Positions 31,124-55,150 of a stretch of 64,000 nucleotides of DNA are shown one piece after another. The number at the start of each line of letters is the position of its first letter. The stretch's first letter is position 1. A program made the position numbers and the translations under genes. The notes beneath the pieces were generated by a model. It saw only the letters and a program-made list of their open reading frames with translations, ran no database searches and was not told the DNA's origin. Origin of the DNA: the human T2T-CHM13v2.0 reference genome, Homo sapiens. The stretch lies in assembly GCF_009914755.1 (NCBI RefSeq), contig NC_060935.1; one strand, 5' to 3'.

Positions 31124-33299
31124 CCTCTGGGCAGGGTGCCAGAGGCATGAGTTGGGCATCAACAGGCCACCGTGAGGGAGGAGCTGGGCCGCACGCGGGC
31201 TGCTGGGAGGCAGGCAGGGACTTGGCCCCGGGAGGCCGCCGTGGGGGCAAGAGCTGGGCCTGGAGAGGCCCCTGGGAGGCAAGGGCGGGGCCTGCAGAGG
31301 CTGTTCTCCAACCAGTGCTAGAACTGTACAGGCCACCAGGAGGCAGGAGGTGGGCCCTCAGAGCTTGGCTGGAGAAAGTTCGGGGCCTACAAAGGCGGTT
31401 GGGAGCTGGGCAGGAGTTGAGCCAAAAGAGCTTGCTTACTTGCTGGGAGGCAGGGCCGGGAGAGCCCGACTTCAGGACAACTTGGGCCTGCGGCGGTCGC
31501 CGGGAGGCCCAACCTTGGCGTGGAGGAGCCCACCGACCGGAGACCATTTGGGGCCTGGAGATGCCATCGGAGGGCAGGAGCTCATCCTGGAGAGGCCACC
31601 GTGAGGCCTGACCTGGGCCTGGGGAGCTTGGCTTGAGGAAGCTGTGGGCCGACCAAGGCCGCCAGGAGATGGGTAGGCACTGAGTCCAAAGAGGTTGTTG
31701 AGAGGCAGGAATCGGGCCTGGAGACCCAACCAGGAAGAAGAGCTGGGCCCGGAGAGAACGCCCGGAGGGTGCAAGTGGGTCTGGAGAGGCCGACTTGAGG
31801 AGGTTCTGGGCCCGGAGAGGCCGCCGGAAGGGAAAAACTGGGCCTGGAAAGGCCGTTGTCAGGAATGAGCCCCATGGGCCTGAAGAGGCCACTGGCAGGC
31901 GGGAGCTGGGCCTGCCGAAGCGGCCGAGAGGCAGGAGCTTTGGACTCGGGAGGCCGCAGTGAAGCAACAGCTAGCTGGGCGTGGAGAGTCCGCTGTGAGG
32001 CAGAGGCTGGGCCTGTGCAGGCCTTCGGGAGGCAGGAGGCTGGGCCTTGTCGAGGCCTGCAGAGGCCACCGAAAGTCAAAAGCGGGGCTTGGGAAGGCCG
32101 CCGGGAGGCATGAGCTGGGCTGGGCCGAAAGAGGCCACTGGGAGGCAGGAGGAGCTGGGCCTGGAGAGGCTGCCAAAAGGCAGGAGCTTCGCCTGAGGAT
32201 GCCACAGTGAGACACCATCTGGGTCTGGAGGGTCCACTGTGAGGCAGAGGCTGACCTGTAGAGTCCGACAGTAGACAGAAGTTGGGCAAAAGCCTGATTT
32301 GAGGAAGTTTTGGGCTTCAAGAGTCAGCCACGAGGCAGGCACTAGGCCTGGAAATGGCCTCACAGTCATGAGTTGGGCCTAAATGGGCCACTGTGAGGGA
32401 GGAGCTGTGCCTGTTGAGGCTGCAGGCAGGCAGGCAGAAATTTGGCCTGGGGCAGCTGCCATGAGGCAAGAGCTGGGCCTGGAAAAAGCCCCTGGGAGGC
32501 AAGAGCAGGGCCTGCAGAGGCTGTTCTCAAGTCAAAGCTGGGCCTGTTGATGCCACCGGGAAGCAGAAGGTGGGCCTGGAGAGTTTGACTTGAGGAAGTT
32601 TTGGGCCTACATTGGCCGCCATGAGCTGGACAGGAACTGGGCCAAAAAAGGCTGTTGTGAGGCAGCAGTTGTGCCTGTAGACCCAGCCAAGAGGAAGAGG
32701 TGGGCCTGGAGAAGCCCCCATGAGGCAGAGGTTGGGCCTGTAGACGCTGACAGGAGGCAGGAGCTGGGCCTGGACAGGTCAACTTGAGGAGATTTTGGGC
32801 CTTCATAGGCCACCAGGAGGCAGTAGTTGGGACTAGAGAGTCTGACTTGAGTAAGTTTTGGGCCCGGAGATGACGTCCTGGGACAGGAGTTGGGCGTGGA
32901 GAGGCCACCGTGAGGCATAAGCTGGATGTAGAGAGGCCAGTGTGAGGCAAGACCTGGGCCTGTCTAGGCTGCTGGGAGACAGGCAGGAATCTGGCCAGGG
33001 AAGGTTGCCATGAGACAAAAGTTGGGCCTGGAAAGGCCCTTGTGAAGCATGAGCTTGGCCTAAAGAGGCCACTGGGTGGCAGGAGCTGGGTGTGTAGAAG
33101 CTGCTGAAAGGTTGGGAGCTTGGCTTGGGGGGTCCACAGTGAGGTAGATGCTGGGCGTGAAGAATCTGCTGTGAGGCAGACGTTGGGACTGTAGAGGCTG
33201 ACGGGAGGCAGAGGCTGGGCCTGGAGGGGCCACCAAGATGCAGGAGCTGGGCCTGGAGAGGCTGCAAAGAAGCATGACCTGGGCCTGGTGAGGTCGACT

Positions 33300-34232
33300 T
33301 GAGAAAGTTCAGGGCCTGGAGAGAAGGCTGGGAGGCAGGAGCTGGGTCTAAAGAGGCCATTGTAACGATGGAGCTGTGCCTGTGGAGGCTGTTGTGAGGC
33401 AGTAGGCTCATCTGTGGAGGCTGCCGTGACGTAGGGTATGGGCCTAAATAGGCCATTGTGAGTCATGAGCTTGGTCTGTAGAGGCTGACTGGAGAAAGTT
33501 CTGGGCCTGGAGAGGCTGCCGGGAGGTAGGAGCTGGGCCAAAAGATGTAAGCACATTTGCATTTATTAGGCACTTTATTTCCATTATTACACTGTAATAT
33601 ATAATAAAATAATCATAGAACTCACCATAATGTAGAATCAGTGGGCGTGTTAAGCTTGTTTTCCTGCAACTGGATGGTCCCACCTGAGCGTGATGGGAGA
33701 AAGTAACAGATCAATAGGTATTAGATTCTCATAAGGACGGCGCAACCTTGATCCCTCACATGCACGGTTCACAACAGGGTGCGTTCTCCTATGAGAATCT
33801 AACGCTGCTGCTCATCTGAGAAGGTGGAGCTCAGGCGGGAATGTGAGCAAAGGGGAGTGGCTGTAAATACAGACGAAGCTTCCCTCACTCCCTCACTCGA
33901 CACCGCTCACCTCCTGCTGTGTGGCTCCTTGCGGCTCCATGGCTCAGGGGTTGGGGACCCCTGCTCAAGTGCATCCAAAGCGACCCTTCCCACACCAGTC
34001 TTCACAGTGGTCAAGGGCAGCAACCACTTAGCTCCCAAGGCATGTGCCTCAGCTGGCATTTCGTCACAATCAACAGTAAGTGGTAGCTTGAGTCACTGTG
34101 AGGTCACCTACTGGAAATCACCAGCATCCCATTTCCCACTGGCAAAGAGCTCAGCGCTGCCCCCTGGGAAACCAAACCTATGCCCAAATCCCATCTGTGT
34201 GGGTGTATCTCCTGGGACCCTTCCTAACATAT
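33300..34232 (+). repeat. Direct duplication copy 1 (~933 bp)
   Basis: Near-identical to 36719-37651 at constant offset 3419. Confidence 0.95.
33550..33963 (-). mobile_element. MER1A (hAT-Charlie) DNA transposon, truncated
   Basis: 'ttagattctcataagg..tgagaatctaa.gctgctgct.atctg' and terminal 'ggggttggggacccctg'. Confidence 0.85.
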
Positions 34233-34385
34233 TAGTCAGAGTCCAATCAGGAAGCATAAACCACTCAAAAGTTTAAAGTGGTAAAATTTAATACAGAGAA
34301 TTATTCATTATAACAGGTGAACAGCATAATGAGAGATTGGCTAGCACAAAGTAAAGAGAACTCTAGAGAATATAGGACTAGCCCA

Positions 34386-35977
34386 GGCCAGGCATGGTGG
34401 CTCAGGCCTGAAATTCCAGCAATTTGAGAAGCTAATGCAGGAGGATTGCTTAAGGCCAGGAGCTAGAGACCGGTCTGGACAACAGAGTGAGACCCTGTCT
34501 CTATCCAAAAGAAGAAAAAAGTTAGCTGGTGGTGGTAGTGCACACTTGCAGTCCCAGCTACTCGGAATGCGGAAGTTTGAGCCTGGGAGGTCAAGGCTGC
34601 AGTGAGGCATGATTATGCCACTACAGTCCAGCCTGGTGACAGAGCAAGACCCTGTCTCAAAGAACAAAACAACAACAACCATTTACAGACAGAAAAGAAA
34701 TAGAGCTAATAAGCTGAGGAAAGATGTTGAAATGTGACAAGTAAAGTAACATGAGGTCTTTTGTCTATTTAAAATAATCAAACAAAAAATGACTTACTAA
34801 ATTATAATACCCTGTGCTGGCAAAGGTGCAGTGAAATGGGCACTTTCTTATACTATGAGAGGTGGTTAAATTGTGTATAAGCCTTCCCGGGTAAAGCCTG
34901 TCAATTTTTTAAAATAATGGAGACAGGGTCTCACCATACTGCCATACTGCCTCCTCCAACTCTTGGCCTCAAGCAATCCTCCTCTCTTAGCCTCCCAAAG
35001 TGCTAAGATTATAGCTGGGAGGCACCCAAAACCCTGTCAATTTACATCAAGGGTAAGGAGAATGTCCATTCACCATGACTCACAGTAATCTTACTTCTGG
35101 GGAGACAATTCAGTCTAAACAAAAGGTCATCTGTACACACACAGTAAAAATCTGGGAGTAACTGAAGACAGAGTTGGTAAGTGAAATAAGAAACAGTTAT
35201 AAGAAATTAAACTATGGTATCAATAGGCACCTGGTACAAAAGGTCAGTTGATGTTGGCTGCTACTTTTTTGTTGTTTTGAGACAGGGTCTCACTCTGTCA
35301 CCCAGGCTGGAGTGCAGAGGCCTGATCATGACTCACTGCAGTCTCAGCCTCCCTGGGCTCAAGTGATCCTCCCACCTCAGCCTCCCAAGTAGCTGGGACT
35401 ACAGGAACATGCCACCACACTAGGCTAATTCATGTATTTTTCTGTAGGGATGGTGACTCCCCCTTTGTTTCCAAGGCCTATCGCAAACTCTTGGCCTCGA
35501 GCCATCCTCCTGCCTCAGCCTCCCAAAGTGTTGCGATTACCAGTGTGAGCCACCACACCTGGCCAGCTGCTACTTTTATCAATATTATTCTTATTCCACT
35601 CAATTAAAAATTATTATTTTCAAGGCTATGCAACAGTATGTATCCTACAGCGTAATTGTAAAAACATATACAGTCGTCGTCCCTCAGTATACAGAATTAG
35701 TTCCAGCCCCCCATCTCTGCATATACCAAAATCCATGCTTACTCACGTTTCGCTGTCACCCCTCTGGAATCCACGTATACGAAAATTCCAAATATTAGTT
35801 GGGCATAGTGGCAAGCACCTGTAGTCTCAGCCACGTGGGAGGTTGAGGTGGGAGGATCGCTTCAGCCTGGAAGGTTGAGGCTGCAGTCAGCTGCGATAGC
35901 ACTACTACACTCCAGCCTTGGACAACAGAGGGAGACCCTGTCTCAGAACAAAAAAAAATAAAAAATAAAAAATAAAA
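34386..35977. mobile_element. AluJ elements (34386-34670 +, 35268-35563 -, 35797-35977 +) and a MER8-like fragment (35671-35787)
   Basis: Alu motifs; 'cagtcgtc..cctcagtatac..ataccaaaatcc..cgtatacgaaaa'. Confidence 0.75.
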
Positions 35978-35979
35978 CA

Positions 35980-36520
35980 GGTTAGAAACTGTGATGAGGT
36001 CTGCTGGGCAAAATTCCATATAAGCAAAGTATAAATTAATAAAGCAAATCGTGATAAATTAGTACGATTGACTTTCTGGAGTTTCTGACAATAAAAGTAA
36101 GGAAAATGCAGAACACAAAGACAGAGAGTAAAAAGAGAAATTAGGAAAGCATTCTACATGTTGAATAGGAAGACACTGGCCATGTTCGTGCAGCGGCAGT
36201 ATGTCGTGACATGACATACCTTGGAGAGAAGTTAACAGATGAGGAAGTTGATAAAAATCATCAGAGAAGCAAAATACTGGTAGGGACACTCAAGTAAACC
36301 ATGAAATTTCCATAACTTATGTCAGCAAAGTGGGAATATTGTACAGTGTGTGTTGAAGTTCCTATACAACATTGTTTATCTGCCTTTTGTTTGTAAGGAA
36401 TGTACATACTAAAAGTTCTTCTTGCTGTCAAAAGAATATGTGTGAATAAGTCATTTTAACTTATTCTTCTGTTTTTCTTTTATCTTCCTGCCATCATCCC
36501 ACAGCCTTACTTTAGAAATT
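35980..36520 (+). pseudogene. CALM2: Calmodulin (CALM2-like) processed pseudogene fragment: 3' part of the CDS plus 3'UTR (parent symbol given)
   Basis: 36211-36252 reads MTYLGEKLTDEEVD; upstream 'attgactttctggagtttctgaca' (IDFLEFLT) and 'actgtgatgaggtct.ctgggcaaaat' (TVMRS.GQN); 3'UTR-like 'ttgtacagtgtgtgttg..ttgtttatctgccttt'; no introns across the parent's exon junctions. Confidence 0.88.
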
Positions 36521-36718
36521 TTTTTTTTAGAAAATTGAACAAGTGCTCCTTGTGGTGGCACATGCCTCGAGGATGGGAGGCAGGGGTGGAAGGGTCACTT
36601 GAGGCCATTAGTTTGACACCAGCCTGGCCAACAAAGTGAGACCCCGTGTCTACAAAACAATTTAAAAATTAGCCAAGTATCATCATGTATACCTACAGTC
36701 CCAGCTACCTGAACTTAC

Positions 36719-37651
36719 TGAGAATGTTCAGGGCCTGGAGAGAAGGCTGGGAGGCAGGAGCTGGGTCTAAAGAGGCCATTGTAACGATGGAGCTGTGCCT
36801 GTGGAGGCTGTTGTGAGGCAGTAGCCTCATCTGCGGAGGCTGCCGTGACGTAGGGTATAGGCCTAAATAGGCCATTGTGAGTCATGAGCTTGGTCTGTAG
36901 AGGCTGACTGGAGAAAGTTCTGGGCCTGGAGAGGCTGCCGGGAGGTAGGAGCTGGGCCAAAAGATGTAAGCACATTTGCATTTATTAGGCACTTTATTTC
37001 CATTATTACACTGTGATATATAATAAAATAATTATAGAACTCACCATAATGTAGAATCAGTGGGCGTGTTAAGCTTGTTTTCCTGCAACTGGATGTTCCC
37101 ACCTGAGCGTGATGGGAGAAAGTGACAGATCAATAGGTATTAGACTCTCATAAGGACAGCGCAACCTAGATCCCTCACATGCACGGTTCACAACAGGGTG
37201 CGTTCTCCTATGAGCATCTAATGCTGCTGCTCATCTGAGAAGGTGGAGCTCAGGCGGGAATGTGAGCAAAGGGGAGTGGCTGTAAATACAGACGAAGCTT
37301 CCCTCACTCCCTCACTCGACACCACTCACCTCCTGCTGTGTGGCTCCTTGCGGCTCCATGGCTCAGGGGTTGGGGACCCCTGCTCAAGTGCATCCAAAAC
37401 GACCCTTCCCACACCAGTCTTCACAGTGGTCAAGGGCAGCAACCACTTAGCTCCCAAGGCATGTGCCTCAGCTGGCATTTCGTCACAATCAACAGTAAGT
37501 GGTAGCTTGAGTCACTGTGAGGTCACCTACTGGAAATCACCAGCATCCCATTTCCCACTGGCAAAGAGCTCAGCACTGCCCCCTGGGAAACCAAACCTAT
37601 GCCCAAATCCCATCTGTGTGGGTCTACCTCCTGGGACCCTTCCTAACATAT
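36719..37651 (+). repeat. Direct duplication copy 2 (minisatellite end + MER1A + flank), inserted inside an Alu
   Basis: Matches 33300-34232; flanked by Alu halves ...cccagctac and tacttgagaggctgagg... Confidence 0.93.
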
Positions 37652-38034
37652 AACCTTCATAACATACTTGAGAGGCTGAGGTGAGACAATCGATTTAGCC
37701 CAGGAGTTTGAGATCAGCCTGGACGACATAACTAAATCTCATCTCTACAAGGACGAGGTGGGAGGATAACTTGAGCCCAGGAATTTGTGGCCAGCCTGGG
37801 CAACAAAAGAAGACCCCATCTGGCCAACATGGCCAACCTGGCCACCACGGTGAAACTCTGACTCTACAAAAATGATCTGGGCATGGGTGACATGCATGTG
37901 TAGTCCTAGCTACTTGGGAGGTTGAGATGGGAGGATTGCTTGATCTCAGAAGGCCAAAGCTATAGTGAGCTATGATCACATCACTGCACTCCAGCCTGGA
38001 TGGCACAGGGAGATTCTGTCTCAAAAAAAAGAAA

Positions 38035-39520
<1,486 letters not shown>

Positions 39521-39792
39521 CAAACATGGGCTTTTCTGTCACCTACCTGCTTAACTGCATAGGAGAGGCAATATGTGGTGTTCATGAACAAAGCAAACAT
39601 TAAAGTCAGACCAGACCCAACATTTGACTCAGTCTTAATATCCAGGTGAGCCTGCGCAAATCATTCATTATTCCTAAGGTTTTCATCACTCCATTCATAA
39701 AATGGGGATAACTGTGGCACCTACATGTGATTCTGTGAGAATTAACGAAATATTATGCTTGGGGTTATTGTGATCATTATACCTGTTCCAAA

Positions 39793-39885
39793 CTATTTGA
39801 CAAGGACAGTGATGGATGAAGACATCAAAAAATCAGAAACTGCAATGAGGTCTCTCAGGCAAAATTCCATACAAGCAAATTACTG
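39793..39885 (+). pseudogene. CALM2: Calmodulin retrocopy 5' fragment
   Basis: 'ctatttgacaaggacagtgatgga' (LFDKDSDG) and ETAMRSLRQNS, matching EF-hand 1 LFDKDGDG..GTVMRSLGQNP. Confidence 0.75.
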
Positions 39886-40201
39886 TGTCTACAAAGCATT
39901 CCTGCCACACTTAATTCACCATTCCCTGAACAAAATATGCCATCTTCGTTGTTCAGGTCTGTACAGTGCTGGTTTCCCTTCCCGGGCAGTTTGCGCTATC
40001 CCATCCCGGCCCATTCCCCATCCCTCCACCTCCCCCTTCCCTCCCAACTCTCATACAACTCTTCCTCATCTTTCAGGACTTGGCTTCAATGTCACCTTAA
40101 CTGGAAGCTTCTCTCACTCTCCAGAAGAGCTTCCCATTGCACCTGATGCATGGGAAACATAATTTGATCATTTTTAAGTTACAGTCCAAATCTTTTTGTA
40201 C

Positions 40202-40266
40202 CTGAATAACATGTTGCCCAGTCAGTCTCTCTTCCTGGATTCACAAGTCTTTCATGGTAGATCCAG
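40202..40266 (-). ncRNA. Putative 65-bp exon, paralog of 52992-53056
   Basis: Minus strand has cttccAG|CTGGAT...TCAG|GTacaa. Confidence 0.4.
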
Positions 40267-40689
40267 CTGGAAGTGACAAAAAGACATCTTTTGACATAAA
40301 GGGATGACACAGACAGACATAAGTTCTTAAATGTCTTAAATGTTATGTGAAAATTAAACAGAATTCAAAGACTTGTGGGGAGCACTTAGGAAGTTACTGG
40401 GAATGTCATGAAGGGTTAATTTGTATTTTATTTTATTTTTTGAGACAGTCTCATTCTGTCACCTAGGCTGGAGTGCAGTGGTGCAATCAGGCTCACTGCA
40501 GCCTTGACCACCTGGGCTCAAGTAATCTCACTTAATTTTTATTTGGTTTAAGAAAGTCTTGGTTGAGGGTGGTGGCTTATGCCTGTAATCTCAGCACTTT
40601 GGGAGGCTGACAGAGGTATATTACTTGAGGCCAGGAGTTTGAGATCAGACTGGGCAATATATTAAGACCCTGCCTCTACCAAAAAACAG

Positions 40690-41145
40690 AGTGAATGTGT
40701 GGAAGACAATTTTTCCACAGACTGGGAATGAGGGAATAATTTCAGGATGATTAAAGTGCATTACATATATTGTGCACTTTATTTCTATTATTACTACATA
40801 GTAATATATAATGAAATGATTCTACAACTCACTATAACGTAGACTCAGTGGGATCTCTGAGCTTGTTTTCCTGCAACTAGACTGTCCACCTGGGGTGATG
40901 GGAGACAGTAACAGAATATCAGGCATTAGATTCTCATAAGGAGTACACAACCTAGATCCCTCGCATGCACACTTCACAACAGAGTTTGTGCTCCTATGAC
41001 AATCTAATGCTGCTGCTGATCTGACAGGACATGGAGCTCAGGTGGTCATGCAAGCGATGGGAGGGGCTAGAAATACAGATGAAGTTTCCCTTCACTCGCC
41101 TGCTGCTCACTTCCAGCTCTGTGGCCCTGTGGTTGGAGACCGCTG
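40690..41145 (-). mobile_element. MER1A (older paralogous copy)
   Basis: Same MER1A motifs and the same downstream flank as 33550-34275. Confidence 0.82.
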
Positions 41146-41485
41146 CTCAAGTGCATTTGAAAGGAACCATCCCACGCCATTCTTCAGAGTCATCTTTACT
41201 GCTGCAGTGGTCAACTTGTAGCACCCCTAAGCTCGCAGGACATATGCTTCAACTGGCATTTCACAATCAACAGTATGTGGCAGCTTGAGTCATTGTGAGC
41301 TCACTTCCTGGAAATCACCAGCATCCCATATCCCATTGCAAGGAGCTCAGCACTGCTCCTTGGATAACCAAACCTATTCCCAAATCCCATCTGTGTGCGT
41401 CTATCTCCTGGTACCCTTCCTAGCATCAATTCTGTATTTGTAGGAGTCCAATCAGGAGACACAAACCACTCAAAAGTTTAAACTA

Positions 41486-51260
<9,775 letters not shown>

Positions 51261-51261
51261 G

Positions 51262-52324
51262 TGTTGCAGGAAGTCAGGGACCCCAAACGGAGGGACTGGC
51301 TGAAGCCACAGCAGAAGAACATAAATTGTGAAGATTTCATGGACATTTATTAGTTCCCCAAATTAATACTTCTATAATTTCTTAGGCCTGTCATTACTGC
51401 AATCTCTGAACATAAATTGTGAAGATTTCATGGACACTTATCACTTCCCCAATCAATACCCTTGTGATTTTCTATGCCTGTCTTTAATCTCTTAATCCGG
51501 TCATCTTCGTAAGCTGAGGATGAATGTCCCCGCAGGACCCTGTGATAATTGCGTTAACTGCACAAGTTGTTTAAACAATATGAAACCTGGGCACCTTGAA
51601 AAAAGAACAGGATAACAGCAATTTCAGGGAACAAGGGAGATAACCTTAAACTCTGGCTGCCTGTGGGCCGGGTTGAACAGAGCCATATTTCTCTTCTTTC
51701 AAAAGCAAATAGGAGAAGTATTGCTGAATTCTTTTTCTCAGCAAAGAACATCCCTGAGAAAGAGAATGCATCCCTAAGGGGAGGCCTCTGAAATGGCCGC
51801 TTTGGGGACGGCTGTCTTTTACAGTCATAGATAAGGGATGAAATAAGCCCTGGGTTCGCGTGGCGCTCCCAGGCTTATCAGGACAAGGAAATTCCCGCCT
51901 AATAAATGTTGGTCAGATGGGTTGTCTGCTCTCAAACCCTTTCTCCTGATAAGATGTTATCAATGACAATGCGCGCCCGAAACTTCATTAGCAATTTTAA
52001 TTTCGCCCCAGTCCTGTGGTCCTGTGATCTTGCCCTGCCTCCATTTGCCTTGTGATATTTTATTACCTTGTGAAGCATGTGATCTCTGTGACCCACACCC
52101 CATTCGTACACTCCCTCACCTTTTGAAAATCACTAATAAAAACTTGTTGGTTTTGTGGCTTGGGGGGCATCACGGAACCTGCCGACGTGTGATGTCTCCC
52201 CTGGACATCCAGCTTTAAAATTTCTCTCTTTTGTACTCTTTCCCTTTATTTCTCAGACTGGCTGACACTCAGGGAAAATAGAAAAGAACCTACATGAAAT
52301 ATCAGGGGTGAATTTCCCCCGATA
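51262..52324 (+). mobile_element. MER11 (HERV-K11/HML-8) solo LTR
   Basis: Begins tgttgcaggaagtcagggacccc, contains the internal repeat gaacataaattgtgaagatttcatggaca x2, ends gggtgaatttcccccgata. Confidence 0.88.
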
Positions 52325-52583
52325 TCACACTGGCTCTTCTCTCACCTGTCTACCTGCTTAACTTAATAGGAGAGGCAATGCATGGTGCTCATGAACAAGG
52401 CAAGCATTAAAGTCAGACCAGACTAACATTTGACTCAGTCCTAATATTCAGGAGAGCTTGGGCAAATCGCTCATTAACCCCAAGTCTTCATCATTTTGTG
52501 CATATAATGGGGATAACTGTGGCACCCACCTGTTTTTGTGAGAATCAATGAAATATTATGCTTGATGTTATTGTGATCATGAT

Positions 52584-52676
52584 ACTATCTGACAAGGGCA
52601 GTGATGCATGATAACATCAAAAAATTAGAAACTGTAATGAGGTCTCTTGGGCAAAATTCCATACAAGCAAATTACT
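52584..52676 (+). pseudogene. CALM2: Calmodulin retrocopy 5' fragment (paralog of 39793-39885)
   Basis: KLETVMRSLGQNS vs calmodulin KELGTVMRSLGQNP. Confidence 0.78.
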
Positions 52677-52991
52677 GTCTCTACAAAGCATTTCTGCCAC
52701 ACTTAATTCACCATTCCCTGAACAAAATGTGCCATCTTCATTGTTCAGGTCTGTATAGTGCTGGTTTCCCTGCCTGGGCAGCTCACTCCATCCCATCCCA
52801 GCCCAATCCCCATCCCTCCACCTCCCCCTTCCCTCCCCACTCTCATACAACTCTTCCTTATCTTACAGGACTTGGCTTCAATGTCACCTTAACTGGAAGC
52901 TTCTCTCCCTCTCCAGAAGAGCTTCCGATTGCACTTGATGCATGCACTATTATTTGATCATTTTTGAGTTACAGTCCAAGTCTTTTTGTAC

Positions 52992-53056
52992 CTGAATAAC
53001 ATGTTGCCCAGTCAGTTTCTCTTCCTGGATTCAGAAGTCTTTCATGGTAGGTCCAG
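52992..53056 (-). ncRNA. Putative 65-bp lncRNA exon
   Basis: Minus strand has gtctttttgtcacttctAG|CTGGAC...TTCAG|GTacaa. Confidence 0.5.
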
Positions 53057-54027
53057 CTAGAAGTGACAAAAAGACATTTAAAAAAAAAAAAAAAAGAGGG
53101 ATGACACAGACAGACATCAGCACTTAAAAGTTTTAAACGATATGTGAAAAACAAAATTTAAGGGCTTCTAGGAGAAATGTAGGAGGGAAGGTGTTACTGG
53201 GAAATATGATAGAAGGTTAATTTTTATTTTATTTTATTTTTAGAGAAAGGGTCTTGCTCTATCACCTAGGCTGGACTGCAGTGGTGCAATCACAGTTAAC
53301 TGCAGCCTCAACCTCCAGGGCTTGAGCAATATTCCCATCTAATTTTTATTTTGTTTAAGAAATGCAGTCTTGCTCTTAGCAAAGCTAAAGTGCAATGGTG
53401 TGATCATAGCTTACTGCAGCCTCAACCTTCTAGACTCAAGTGATCCTCCAGTCTTAGCCTCCCCAGTAGCTCGGACTACAGGTGTGCACTGCAACGTGTA
53501 GCTCATTTTTTTTTTTTTAATTTGTAGTAGAGACAAAGTGTCACTATGTTGACCAGGTTGGTGGTGATCTCCTACACTCAGGCAGTTCTCTCACCTCAGC
53601 CTTCCAAAATGCTGGGATTACAGGTGTGAGCTGCCACACCTGGCTGAGGGGGTTAATTTTTAATTATATAAAGAGCTCAAAGCAAATATTAGAAGGAGCC
53701 TAAATGCCTCCAGCAGTTGACTGGTACTGGTAAATTGTGATACATCCATATAATAAAATATTATGCAACCATGAAAAGGATTAAGATAGATCAATAGGTA
53801 TTGGCACAAATGTCCACGAAATATGAAAATATGAAGTGATGTTCAATCACCATGTACGTATCTTGAAGGATATGGCCCATTTTCTCAACTGCAATTATTT
53901 CCTGAGATAAGATTATGGGTCTAAAGAGTGAAGGACATTTTTCACTTATTTAAAAGTATTTATCATTTTTATAATTTAATAAAAGATTAAACAGATCATT
54001 GAATTAGTAAAAGACAAAGTAACTCTA

Positions 54028-54141
<114 letters not shown>

Positions 54142-54500
54142 CTAAGAAACAAAGCAAGACCTCCTCTCTAGTAAAAATAAAAAAATAAAAATAATTGGCC
54201 AGGCATAGTGGCATGTGCCTATAGTCCCAACTACTGAGGTGGAAGGATCACCTGAGCCTAGGAGGTCAAGGCTGCAGTGAGTTGAGACTGTGCCACTACA
54301 CTGAAGCCTAGGAGACAGAGCGAGACTTCATCTCAAAAAAAAAAAAAGGACAATAAAGAAATAAAGCTAATAAGCTAACATAAGGAAAGATAAAATATGT
54401 GACAAATAGGCTGGGCACATGGCTCACAGCTGTAATCAAGCACTTTGGGAGGCCAAGGCGGGTAGATCACGAGATCAGGAGTTCGAGACCAGCCTGATCA

Positions 54501-54757
<257 letters not shown>

Positions 54758-55150
54758 TTAAATTATAATACCTGTGTGGGCGAAGGTGCAGTGAAATGGC
54801 CATTTTCTTGTAGTATTAGTGGTGTTTAAAATGTATATAAGCCTTCCAGCATAAAGCTTGGAAATTTTTTTTAAATCATACAGACAGTGACTCATTATAC
54901 TGCCTCCTCCAACTCCTGGCCTCAAGCAATCCTCCCACCTCAGCCTCCCAAAGTGCTGGAATTACAGGCTGACAGCCACCATGCCTGAAAGCTTTGCAAT
55001 TTACATCGAGGGTAATAAGAATGCTCATGCCCTGTGACTCACAGTAATCTCACTTCTGGAAATTTCACCTTTGGATATAATTCAACCTAAACAAAAGGTC
55101 ATATGCACAAACACAGTGAAAATCTGGGAGTAATTTTTTTCTCTTTTTTT

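Larger units (their letters stand above)
29355..33540. repeat. Diverged GC-rich ~32-bp minisatellite (consensus ~TGGGCCTGGAGAGGCYGCYGTGAGGCAGGAGC)
   Basis: Unit starts at ~33248, 33280, 33311, 33343, 33375, 33407, 33439, 33471, 33502, 33534 give a 31-32-bp period. Confidence 0.85.

Noticed and set aside
51317-51437. 29-bp direct repeat
   Set aside because: Normal internal feature of MER11 LTRs as I recall the consensus
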